64,000 nt of DNA from Felis catus (taxonomy: Eukaryota): positions 109,866,001 to 109,930,000 of the forward strand of contig NC_058373.1 of NCBI RefSeq assembly GCF_018350175.1, written 5' to 3'. This document shows, one piece after another, positions 52,056 through 64,000 of this stretch. Positions within the stretch are counted from its first letter, which is position 1; each line of letters begins with the position of its first letter. The notes beneath the pieces were generated by a model, which was not told where the DNA came from, did no database searches, and was given only the letters and a program-made list of their open reading frames with translations. Position numbers and translations under genes: made by a program.

Positions 52056-55000
52056 TAGTGCCATCATGATGGAGTTGTGCTTCGTCCTACCTAACAAAGG
52101 CTCTGGTACATTTGCCAGAGTTTATGGACTCTTGAGATGTAGGTGCCTAAGATTATAGTAATATCTGGGTATTGCTGTCTTTATAGTATATATTTGTAAT
52201 GTACCTATGGCCAGGGTTCTCTTTTATTTTCAAGGAGTGGACACCTAACTTAAACTAAACACAAACGGACTTCTGTTGGCTGTGTAACTGGGCAACACAA
52301 GATTGCCTCCAGCTTCAACTACAGCTAGAGTCAGGGTCTCAAATGATGTCATTGGAGTGCTGTCATACACCTACTCTCAGCATGTCCTTCTTGCTGTGTT
52401 TGGCTTTGTTCTCATTAGGATTTTTCTACATCTCAGATAGGCAGGTGACAGAGTTGGCCATCTGTAGCTTTCGGCTTATATTTCCTCAAAGCTGGAGAGC
52501 CCAACAACAGAAAATGCCTTTCCTTTAATATGGTTGGCAAATGTCCCGAAGAGGATTGTGACTGCCCCAGCTAGGTCCCTCCATGTGGCCAATCCCTGTG
52601 TTTTTGTTTTTGTTTTTTTAATGATTATTTATTTATTTTTTAAATTATTTTTTAATGTTTATTTAATTTTGAGAGAGACAGAGTGCAAGCAGGGGAGGTT
52701 TGGAGAGAGAGGGAGACACAGAGTCTTGAAGAAGGCTCCAGGCTCTGAGCTGTCAGCACAGAGCCCAATCCGGGGCTTGAACCCACAAAACACGAGATTG
52801 TGACCTAAGCCGAAGTCGGGCACTTAACTGATGAAGCCACCCAGGCGTCCCCGATTATTTATTTATTTTTGAGAGAGAGATAGAGAGTGAGCAGGGGAGG
52901 GGCAGAGAGAGAAGGAGACAGAATCCCAAGCAGGCTCCGTGCTGACAGCACAGATCCTGATGTGGCGCTTGAACTCATGAACTGTGAGATCATGACCTGA
53001 GCCAAAACCAGGAGTTTGGGTCCTTAACCAACTGAGCCACCCAGACACCCCATGCACCATCTGTTTACCCTTAAGGTGGTGGTGGTGGTAGTGGTATATG
53101 CGGTGTATGCTTGGTGAAGAGGCTTTATAGAATCAGCCTTATCTGTGGGATTTCTCCACAAGAAAACAGGGAGAAAATATCTACTGGGCAGGAAAAAGAC
53201 TACTATCATGATTCACTACCAATACTAAAGTGGCCTTTCATGTCCAGTATCTTGCATTTGTTTTGTTTTTGTTTTAAGATTTATTCATTTTTTTAATGCT
53301 TATTGATTTTTGAGAGAGAGAGAGAGAGAGACAGAGCATGAGTGGGGGAGGGATAGAGAGAGAAAGAGACACAGAATCTGAAGCAGGCTCCAGGCTCTGA
53401 ACTGTCAACACAGTGGCTGAGGCAGGGCTTGAAATCACGGACCGCGAGATCGTGACCTGAGCCCAAGTCAGGACACTTATCCCACTGAGCCACGCAGCCA
53501 CCCCGTAAGGTTTTGTTTTTTAAGTAATCTCTCCACCCAGCATGGGATGCAAACTTACAACCTGAGATCCCACATCTTACATTTGTTACTCACAAAAATA
53601 ATTTCAGATCCTCAGTAGGCACTATTTCAACTTCTTAAACTTTGGAATTATCTCCAAGAAATTATTATCCTTCTTATGACATATAAAACATTTTGGCACA
53701 TAGGTCTAATGGGCACGCGACAGGATTCTAGTTTGACAGTCAGCTCTGCTAGACTTTCTCAAGAAAGTCACGTATTGCAGCAATATATCGAAGTTTTATG
53801 ACTTATGCAAAACGTTTTGCGAATCTTTCTGATCAATGTCTCTGCAACTTCAGTACTCAGCTTTTGTATTGGTTTTATTGGTTGCTTACAGACTATTTTA
53901 CTTTGTCTAAGGCAGGTATTGTTGCCCAAGATACCAGACAGGTGCTAAGAATTTCTAGCTAGATTTTGGGGCTCATTTACAGAGTTTCATCTATCACCTC
54001 CCCAGTTTTCTTCCTGGTTTCCATTTTGAGTTGTAAACTATTAAACTCTTATTCTCTACCTCCCATGTGAGTCTGAGCCATGTCATTGTGCTTACAGAAT
54101 TCCATCTCCAATATATGTTGTACTCAAGGCAGCGTGTATGGTGATTAGGAGATAAACCTTAGAGACAAGTAGAAGTGGGTTCAATTCCCAGCAATGTTAC
54201 TTGCTAGTCGTGTGATCTCGGAACAGGTAATAATGCTCACCTCATAGCGGTTTTGTGAAGAACAAAGAGCTTACTTATGTAAAAAGCTTAACAGTGCCTG
54301 GGAGATAGGAAATATTCAATACGTTGTAGTTATTACAGTTAATCCTCTTTACAACAAACTAACATTGTGGGCTCTCTCCCTTTCTCTCTTTTTGGAGTAT
54401 TGATTGTAGCTTTTAACTTTTCTATCTCCTCACATCCCTTATTCTAGATAGATTCCTGCCTTTTGGTCACTGAAAGAAAATGTATTTGAATAATGGAAGA
54501 TTCTAAAATAGCTCAATACCTCACTTGAAAAAAAAGTGGTTTAGAGAGTAAGATGAATCTGTCACGTCAGTGTTATTTAGAGCTGATATTTAAAATTGGC
54601 AGTTATGAAGCACATGATACATAATGAGACAGCTTGTCTATAAAACACATAGGAGACCATAACCGAAATTTTAGCAACATATAGTTCCGAGGAGCCATAT
54701 GATGGATTCCCTTAGCATTGCTGCAGTGTATCTCATGATATTTTTACAAAAAAGAAAAAAGGTGAATAAAGGCATGTTATGAAAATAAAGGAAACAAAAA
54801 TTATGAGTATTGTATTGCCACACTACAGAAGGAATAATATTTTTAATGGGAGTTGCGCACAGGTGTGTTACCGTGTGATTAACTTTCTGTATTGGATTGA
54901 TTAGGTGAGTGCTTCTTTTTTTTTTTAATTTTTTTTAACGTTTATTTTTTTTGAGACAGAGAGACAGAGCGTGAATGGGGGGAGGGGCTGAGAGAGAGGG

Positions 55001-58000
55001 AGACACAGAATCAGGAGCAGGCTCCAGGCTCCGAGCTGTCAGCACAGAGCCCGACGCGGGCTTGAACTAGTGAACCACGAGATCCTGACCTGAGCCGAAG
55101 TTGGACACTTAACCGACTGAGCCACCCAGGCACCCCTAGGTGAGTGCTTCTAATTTGAGAAACATTATTGCTCCAAGTCTGTCTTACATCATGTTAATAC
55201 TTTTTTTTGCCAGCAATTTGAAACATATGCAGCTAAAGGCGCCTGGTGTTACTACAATATTCTTATCATCCTGAGTCTATTATTAAAATAGTTTTAGGGG
55301 CATTTGAGTGGCTCAGTTGGTTGAGTGTCAGACTCTTGATTGTGGTCAGGTCCTGCGAGGGAGCCTCCCCATCCCCCTCTTCCACCGCCTCCACATCCAC
55401 CTCCACATTCAACATGGAGCCTCCTTGGGATTCTTTCTCTCCCTCTCACTCTGCCACTCCCCTGCTCATGCTCTCTCTTTCTCTCAAAATAAATAAATAA
55501 ACATTTCATAAATATATTTTTAGGGGTGCCTGGTTGGCTCAGTCGGTTAAGCATCCAACTGTAGCTCAGGTCATGATCTCGTCGTCCGTGAGTTCAATCC
55601 CGCATCCGGCTGTCTGCTGTCAGCACAGAGCCTGATTTGGATCCTCTGTCTCCCTCTTTGCCCCTCCCCAACTCTCAGTCTTGTGCTTGCGCACATACTT
55701 CTCTCTCTCAAAAATAAATATCTTAAAAATAAACAAATAAATAAACAATATTTTTTAGAAGACATTCCTGTTGCCGTTAACAAAAGAACCTTGGCAAGTG
55801 AAGACTTATACCCCTTTTGTTATAATCATCTACCCTCTACTGAGAATCATAACTTTAAAATTTCACATTTATTAAACATTATAAATTGAAAATTTTGGGG
55901 TATTATTAGAATATCTAAACCTGAAAATGTTGAAAATTTTAAAGGATATTAGCTTTAATCCTGCCTCTGATCAGTGAAATTTGGTTTTAGTGGATTGAAA
56001 AGAAACACTTTTTTAAAGATTTGTTTATTTATTTATTTATCTGTCTATCTATCTATTTAAAGTAATCTCCACACCCACCATGGGCCTTGAACTCACAACC
56101 CCGAGATCAGGAGTTGCCCGTTCTACTGACTGAACTAGGCAGCCACCCCCTAGAAACACTTTTCTTAAAGCTGTGCTTCTTCAAAGAACCTAATATTTAT
56201 TGGTGTAAGACTCTCTCACTATGCGTATTAAAAATCCATTGACTGAGATATTAACTGAATCTCATACCTATTCGAAGATTTATCCATTAAATTCTTGTTA
56301 TCCTCATCTCATTTCGCTGAAAGCTAAGAGATTAATTCACTTTAGCTGTCTCTTATAAAGTATTTGTTTTCAGTAATTGAGGACAAATGACCAAAGAAAG
56401 GAATACATGACTTAAAGAAGGATTAGAGTGGTGGAAAGAGTTGTTTCATGTTTCAGAGTGGCTTCAATCTCTTTTATTTTTTTATAGCTTAAGCTGCTTA
56501 TTTTGTTTGACATGTTTTTTCAGTGACTGCTGTTGGTAGTACCTCTTTGTTTGGGATATCTGCTTTTATTTTCCGTCACTGACTTTGTTGGCTTTACTGT
56601 AACTCCAGCCTTTCCTCAACCTGCAGCCACACCTCGCTTTTTTTTTTTTTTTTTGAGAGAGAGAGAAAGAGAGAAAGGGAGGGAGAAAGAGAGAGAGAGA
56701 GAACGAGAAGGGGAGAGGGGCAGAGAGAGAAAGAGAAAGAGAGAGAATCCCAAGCAGGCTCCACACTCAGCACAGAGCCAGCCCGGGGATCATGACCTGA
56801 GCTGAAATCAAGAGTTGGACACTCAACTGACTGAGCCACCCAGGTGTCCCACACACCTGGCTTTTGATGTATTCTTTCTATTTTTCACACAGAAAGACTA
56901 ATGTGTTTGTTTGTTTGTTTGTTTAATAGAAATTCTAGCCAACAGCTTGAAGGTACTGGTGAAAGAAATACACATTCATTGTGTATTCAGATCTCCCGGC
57001 GTATTCAGACCTCTATAGCTTCCTATGGTAGATGCCTCTGGGTTAATAGATCTTAGTCTCTTTGGCATGTGTGTGTGCATGTGTGTGTGTGTATGTGTGT
57101 ATATCTATATATACATATGCCACGTACAAATATATATATCACAGAAACAGAAATATAGCTGTGAAATACGATCTTCACAGAACAAGAGCATAAACATCTA
57201 AGTAATGCCATCTTGGTATAGAATATGCTGTGTATCTAAACAGCATGTTAGAGGCTTTTCTCATTTTCTTATAAAACCATCTAGGATGGATTTACTAGAA
57301 ATGTTATCAGACAATTCTTCCTGATTATCAGTTTCTTTTTTTTTTTTTTATGTTTTATTTTTTAATGAGAGAGAGAGAGAAACAGAGCATGAACATGGGA
57401 GGGGCAGAGAGAGGTGGAGACACAGAATCCGAAGCAGGCTTCAGGCTCTGAGCTGTCAGCACAGACCCTGACACGGGGCTCGAACTCACAAGCTGTGAGA
57501 TCATGACCTGGGCCGAAGTCGGTTGCCCAACTGACTAAGCCACCCAGGCACCCCATCAGTTTCTTTATTTCAATGTTCACGAGGGCATAAATGTCAAAAT
57601 AAGTTGTTTTATATTTATTAATCTTATATATTCAGATATTTTTATACTTTATGAATTTATGTATTTTACAAGTGAAAAGTGCAGGGGATTTAGCTATTCT
57701 TATGATTCCACCTATGTAAAAAAAGGTAGATAAAAAAGGTTAGAAGAAAATACATAAAATGATAAACTAGATGTCTGGGGGTATTTTTCCTTCATGTTAT
57801 TTTCATGTCATTAAAAAATTCTCTATAATTATCTTAACAATTTGCAAAAAATAAGTACCATTGATTTAACATGTTTATAGAACTCTGGTGATTTTTAGTA
57901 TATTTGATGATTATTGTAAAGGTTTCTAGTCTAAATGCAATAATTTAACATTTTATATTTTAGATATAATTTCAGTTTGTTCCTTTTGAAAAAGAAAGTT

Positions 58001-58213
58001 TGTCCCACAGCATTCTCAAAATAAGATCAAAAGGTACTGAGTCAAAGTGAACCAACTTTAAAATACTCTCAAAAAATATCTTGCATATTATTTATTTCTA
58101 CATTACATATGTATATTGCTATAGTAATATATAATGTACATTATAAATAGTGCACAGAATTTTTTTAAGTTTATTTTTTATATAGAGAAAGAATGTGTGG
58201 GAGGAACAGAGAA

Positions 58214-58250
<37 letters not shown>

Positions 58251-59632
58251 GACAGAGAATCCTGAACACTGATAGTATGGAAGCCGGATGTAGGGCTTGA
58301 ATTCATGAACCATGAGATCATGACCTGAGCCAAAATCAAGAGTCAGACACTTAACTGACTGAGCCATCCAGGTACCCCAATACACAGATATTTTTAAGCA
58401 TGAAATAAAAATATCAGTAGACATGTGATAGTTTCTTCTGATATCCCCAGTGGATTGTCTTGTGTAGCCGTGAAGAACACACACCAGACACTGGAGAACA
58501 TTGCCTTAGAAAACTAAAAAAAAAGTTAAATAACTCAGGGTTTCACACTTATTTACATTCTGTTTTCTTTTCCATCATTAAAAAAATGTCTTTTGAAAGT
58601 AAATCCACACTGGGTGTGGAGCCTGCTTAAGATTCTCTCTCTCCCACTGCCCCTCGCCCACTTGCAAGCGGGAATACAGGTGCGTGGATGTGCAGGCCCT
58701 CTCTCTCTCAAAAAAAAAAAAAAAACAACAAGAATACTGAAAGTCTCTGAGTTCTGGAGAGGTCACATAGGGAGAAAAAATGATAAATGTTTCAACATGT
58801 TTACAAAAGTATATTTAGCTTAAGATTAAAATTGCCTTAACACTGGAAAAACAAAACATTAAAAAAAATCCATTATGTTTCGAACAAAAAGTCATAAAAA
58901 TCATAATTGTCCTCCTCAGTTCATTCAGTACCATGTTAATTCTTGTTTTGTTTGAATCTATTTTTTTTGCTAGTCCCAGAAATTCTTACCTAGTTCAGTT
59001 TTATAATCTTAAGGTTATTAGCAGCTTGTACTCAGTTCTTTCCCTCAGTCTCACTGAAAATGAAACACATTTGCAGGAAGCTTTTGTAAAAGCATCTGAG
59101 TAAAAGTGTAACAGTCTATAAATAATAAAAGACTTAAAAATGGCCATGAGTGGGGCGCCTGGGTGGCTCAGTCGATTAAGCGTCCGACTTCAGCTTGGGT
59201 CATGATCTCACAGTTTGTGAGTTCAAGCCCCACGTCGGGCTCTGTGCTAACAGCTCGGAGCTTGGAGCCTGCTTCGGATTCTGTGTCTCCTCTCTCTGCC
59301 CCTCCCTAACTTGTGCTCTGTCTCTGCCTCTCAAAAAAAAATAAATGTAAAGAAAAAAAATATTTTTAAATGGCCATGAATAAAGATCTTACTAGAGTTC
59401 GTTACAATGCAATTAATAAGGAAATTTGGTTATTTCTGTGACACACAACATTTCAAGATAATAACATACTAGGAATCAGATTTCTAGGACTTTTCATTCA
59501 ATTTCTAAAAATACTTATTTTAATAATATATCTACACAAATATAATCTAAGAGGGTTAATATCACTTATTTGACAATGCTTCATATGTAATTTAATGTAC
59601 CAAATAATCAGCTTAATTTCTCACAAAATCTT

Positions 59633-59667
59633 TGCAGTCAAATGCTCTACCAATGAGCTATACCCCC
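59633..59667 (-). pseudogene. Tailless retropseudogene of the 5' half of tRNA-Cys(GCA)
   Basis: Minus strand reads GGGGGTATAGCTCATTGGTAGAGCATTTGACTGCA, which is nt 1-35 of mammalian tRNA-Cys-GCA with one mismatch as recalled. It ends at the anticodon, has no poly(A), and is flanked by direct repeats tctcacaaaatc(t/a)ttg at 59619-59634 and 59668-59683. Confidence 0.88.
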
Positions 59668-60745
59668 TCTCACAAAATCATTGAAATGTTCAAGGGACCC
59701 TCTGGAACATTTCAATTAGATTGTAGTCAAAATACTTCATTTTAGAATTTGATTTTGAGAATTATGTCAAAAAATATCAAAAGGTTTGAACATTTGATTA
59801 AACAGAATCACAAATCATTATGCAACAACAGTAATTATCCATTTAACCAAAATGACAATAAAAGATACCAAAGGCAAATACAGAACATTACAGAGTTGTG
59901 AGCAAAATTTAGCTCTTTTAATGTTAGAACTCAGTTTTCTTGAGTAATCAGAGACCTGATAAACATAGGAAATAATTCTGGCAAATAACTTTGTTTTCTA
60001 AGCAGATAACTTTAAAGGTAAGGAAAAACTTGTTTACAATTCCTTATTAACAGCAGACCAATAGTTCAAGAAAACTTCTGTTCTTTTCACAAAGAGCAAG
60101 CAAAATTTAATATTGCACCAGTCTACTTTTCTGTTTGTTTGTTTTTTTAATTTTTTATGTTTATTTCTTTTTTTGAGCAAGAGAGCAAGCCGGGAAGGGG
60201 TAGAGAGAGAGAAGGAGGGAGAATCCCAAGCAGGCCCTCACTGTCAGCACAGAGCCCAGTGTAGCTCCAATCCATGAACCTTGAGATCATGACCTGATCT
60301 GAAACCAAGAGTCGGACAGTCGGACTGAGCCACCCAGCATCCCACCAATGGACTTTCGATATTAAAACAAATTCATTTACTTAAATATATCCTAACCTTA
60401 GCCAGTACTGACCACACATGAAATTCCTTTCCAATGATATCTTCTCTGTAAACCTGCTACAACTTTCTTTTTTACATTCAAATTTTATCCTAAGTTTTCC
60501 CTCTTTGAATAACCAGCCTCACTTTAGGACAATTTTTCTTTTTTCTCAACAAATATGTATTTCTATTTCTTATACTTTTTCTTACCAAACACACATATCT
60601 TATTTTCCTTCCATGCACAGACATTCCCTTATTATTTCCAGTAGGCCTAAATTACGTGTATTAGAATTCTTAACTCTTGGAAATCTTAATTTCTAGTAAA
60701 AACTAAATAGTAAGCAGTTGTGAACTGTTATGCCAGCGTTCCCAT

Positions 60746-61212
60746 TATGGAAACCAGAACTACCCCTTAAGCAATAACAGCTGCCAGGACGAAGAATTCC
60801 AACAGCCCAGACCACTCAGACCCTTTTGAACCCTCTGGAGTGACCTCCAGAATGATCGACAACTTTCTTGCCCTCGTTATAGTACTAAAATCTCCACCTA
60901 AGGAGGAACACAAGAGGAACCCAAGCTTCATTTACATAACATACAATGTGTGTATAGACATGTTTCCTTAAGATGTATGGGAAACTTATGCCTGCCTCTA
61001 CATATGATAACAAGTCTTTCCTATCTAAATATTAGTCCTAGCCTAAATAAAAGGAACTTATCCAACTTCATGCAGGGAGTCACAGCTTTGGAAGTTATTC
61101 CCTGTAATCCCCTTATTTGCTGCAAATAAAGTTTCCTTTTTGCGACAACTCCACCTGGTATAGTTTCTATCTGTAACTCACCAAGGAGTGAACTCACATT
61201 AGTTCAGTTACA
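60746..61212 (+). mobile_element. ERV1-type solo LTR (MER34/CarLTR-like)
   Basis: Starts t(a)tggaaaccagaa..cccc, has TATA-like taaataaaag and a polyA signal aataaa near 61125, and ends ...ttcagttaca (CA terminus). No clear TSD. Confidence 0.6.
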
Positions 61213-61326
61213 AAAAATGAACTTATTTGACTTTCAATAAATACAGGCAGAATAAAAGTTTTATATTTAATGCTGATTACTCTAAAGACATATCTATATA
61301 AGCCAAACTTAAAATACTTTAATATT

Positions 61327-61945
61327 ACTACTAGGTATTTAGCCAAAGGATACAGAAGTGCTGATTCGAAGGGGCCTGTGTACCCCAATGTTTACTGCAG
61401 CGCTATCAACAATAGCCAAAGTATGGAAAGAGCCCAAATGTTCACCTACTGATGAACGGATGCAGAAGATGTGGTGTGTATATATCTGTATCTATAGATG
61501 AAGATATATACAATGGAATATTACTTGGCAATTAAAAAGAGTGAAATCTTGCCATTTGCAGCAATGTGGATGGAACTAGAGTGTATTATCCTAAGCGAAA
61601 TAAGTGAAGTCAGAGAAAGAGACATATATGATTTCTCTCATATGTGGAATTTAAGAAACACAACAGATGAATATAGGGAAAGGGAAACAAAAAGAATATA
61701 AAAACAGAAAGGGAGGCGAACCATAAGAGACTCTTAAATACAGAGAACAGACTAAGGGCTGCTGGCGAGGTTGTGAGTGGGGGGGATGGGCTAAATGGGC
61801 AAGGGGCATTAAGGTGGACACTTGTTGGGATGAGCACTGGGTGTTCTATGTAGGTGATGAATCACTAAATTCTATTCTCGAAATCATTATTACACTATAT
61901 GTCAACTAACTTTGATTTAAATTTAAATAAATAAATTAATAAGAT
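61327..61945 (+). mobile_element. 5'-truncated carnivore LINE-1 3' end
   Basis: ORF2 end (YTMEYYLAIKKSEILPFAAMWMELECIILSEIS), 3' UTR and A-rich tail. Flanking repeat ctttaatatt at 61317-61326 and 61948-61957. Confidence 0.88.
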
Positions 61946-64000
61946 AGCTTTAATATTGAATATTTTCTGAGATCACATGAACTTGAAAAACATTAGTTTC
62001 TATTTTTCTGAGTTTTAAAATGCCCAATTCTTGTAAGTCCTTGCCTTCAAAACAACTAAATAGAGCTCTTCTTTTTTTGAATGCAGTACCCATTCTTTTT
62101 ATTTTTTTAAGTTTATTTATTTATTTTGAGAGAGAGAGAGAGAGAAAGCAGGGGAAGGGCAGAGAGAGAGGATCCCAAGCAGGCTCCGTGCTGTCATCGA
62201 AGAGCCCAGCGCAGCACTTGAACTCACCAACTGAGATCATGACCTGAGCTGAAATCAAGATTCAGATGCTTAACCCTAATGGAGCTCTTTTACAAATTAA
62301 TTTTAGCAATACTATCTGGAGGTAGAGAAAATATCTCACATTTACAACACATATGAACACACAAATAGACACATGCAAACAAAAATCTTACAGCTTTTGT
62401 TTTTTACTAACATTTGTGGCGAGGACACTATAGGCCCCATCTCCAAATATCTCCATTTTCCCCCCTGCCCCCCCCCTTCCCTGATGGAAAACTTTTCCCT
62501 AAAATTTGTATTTCAAAGAGTTGCTCAGGGTGTCTGGTGGGTGGCTCAGTTGGTTAAGCATCTGACTTTGGCTTGGGTCATGATCTGGAGGTTCATGGGT
62601 TTGAGCCCCATGTTGTGCTCTCTGATATCAGCACAGAGCCTGCTTCAGGTCCTGTCTCCCCCTCTCTCTGCCCCTCCCCCACTTACATGTGCACACCTGT
62701 GCATTCTCTCTCTCAAAAATAAAAATGTTAAAAAAACACACACAAAGCAGAGTGGCTTTTAGGTCCTAGAGAAGATGAGGGTAGAAAATTTACATCATAG
62801 GGGCTGCCTGGGTGGCTCAGTTGGTTGAGCATCCAACTCTTGATTTCATTTCAGGTCATGATCCCAGAGGCGTGGGATCGAGCCCCACATCTCTCCCTCT
62901 GCCCTCTCCCCTGCTCATACTTGCTCTCTATGATTTAAAAAAAAAAAAAAAAAAAAGGAAATTTACATCATAAACACATAGAGCATGTACACAAGTTTTC
63001 TCCAAGGTGGACTTTTTAGGACATCTTAGCCTCTTACCAGAAGTGCCAGAGCTTTGGCAAAAAAAAAAAAAAAAAAAAAAAAAAAGCCCTTTTAGCAGTT
63101 TGTATTTTTAAAAGGTCTTTCCCCACCTCCTCCATTTTTTTTTTCTTCAGGCAGGTGGTTGTGGGCTTTATTTACATTTCTTTTTTTTTTTCTTTTAATG
63201 TTTTTATTTATTTTTGAAGGAGAGAGAGAGAGATTGATCTGGGAAGGAGCAGAGAGAGAGGGAGACACAGAATCCGAAGTGAGCTCTGGGCTCTGAGCTG
63301 TCAGCACTGAGCTCGACGCAGGGCTTGAACTCAGGAGCTGTGAGATCATGACCTGAGCCGAAGTCAGACGCTTAACCGACTAAGACACCCAGTTGCCCCA
63401 CTTTATTTATGTTTCAAAGACATGATCAGATTTTTTATTTCAAGGGACAGAGAAAGAATGTAAAAACTTTGTTTTTTCTTGAGCTTCAGGGTAATTGCTA
63501 TTTAAAGTTTACCTTCCTTTTCTTAAATACAGGACAATTTTGTTCCAATATCCTGATCTTTTATACTATCTACAAGCATTTTGAGAGGAATAGGTGAAGT
63601 TTGGAGATTGGTAAACATAGGTGGGCTTTGACCTGCTTCTATACTTGCATTTCTGGTTTTGTAGAGATTTGTAAGACAAAGACAGTTGTTTCTAATTCTC
63701 CAAAGAACTGGATAACAGCCTGAATATCAAGAGGCTGGCCTACCTTTTAAACTAAATTTGTTTCTTTTTTGTTTTAATTTTTTTTTAATGTTTTTATTTA
63801 TTTGAGAGACAGAGCATGAGCAGGGGAGGGGCAGAGAGAGAGGGAGACACAGAATCCCAAGCAGGCTCCAGGCACTGAGCTGTCAGCACAGAGCCCGACG
63901 CTGGGCTCGAACTCACGGACCGTGAAATCATGACCTGAGCCGAAGTCAGACACTCAACCGACTGAGCCACCCAGGCGCCCCTAAATTTGCTTCTTTATAT

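Larger units (their letters stand above)
58730..63765 (-). mobile_element. Degenerate non-autonomous ERV1 (MER4-group) internal sequence, interrupted by an LTR, an L1, SINEs and the tRNA half
   Basis: AT-rich tract with motifs I associate with MER4-group internal sequence (aaggaaatttggttatttctgtg, acttcattttagaatttgatttt, aaatttgtatttcaaag). No intact gag/pol. Family and strand are tentative. Confidence 0.5.
7..63981. mobile_element. Dispersed Can-SINE family, about 80 copies on both strands (aggregate entry)
   Basis: Recurrent ~200-bp unit GGGGCACCTGGGTGGCTCAGTCGGTTAAG...TCAGGTCATGATCTC...(CT)n...AAATAAA(A)n. It explains most short ORFs in the track (AQSVKRPTSAQVMIS...). The count is manual and approximate. 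Confidence 0.95.

Noticed and set aside
59633..59667. Functional tRNA-Cys gene or retroviral primer-binding site
   Set aside because: The 3' half and B box are absent. A PBS matches the tRNA 3' end next to an LTR, not the 5' half.
65..63349. Dozens of 60-130 aa ORFs with AQSVK/AQVMIS/LTAQSLEP or RERE motifs
   Set aside because: These are translations of Can-SINE copies.

Overview
Mammalian genomic DNA from a carnivore, almost certainly a felid: about 80 tRNA-Lys-derived Can-SINEs by manual count, including young SINEC_Fc-type copies, plus carnivore L1. The only protein-coding gene I can support is SGPP1 (sphingosine-1-phosphate phosphatase 1) on the minus strand. Coding exon 1 is at 28615-27905 inside a CpG-island promoter, and the 90-bp exon 2 is at 8116-8027. 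Exon 3 lies beyond the left edge of the window. Positions 1-27.9 kb are SGPP1 introns. Positions 29.3-64 kb are upstream intergenic DNA dominated by transposon relics: a TSD-bounded, internally deleted, near full-length L1 (33.45-42.65 kb), a younger truncated L1, ERV1/ERVL LTRs, an ERV1 internal segment, L2, MIR and MER58. I see no convincing new multi-gene system. The most notable signals are (1) a tailless, TSD-flanked retrocopy of exactly the 5' half of tRNA-Cys(GCA), (2) arrays made by repeated SINE insertion at one target site, (3) a pure (GGC)9 poly-Gly expansion in SGPP1, and (4) a SINE-associated deletion of about 1.3 kb in L1 ORF2. Repeat family names come from my recognition of consensus motifs, not from a database search, and repeat boundaries are approximate.
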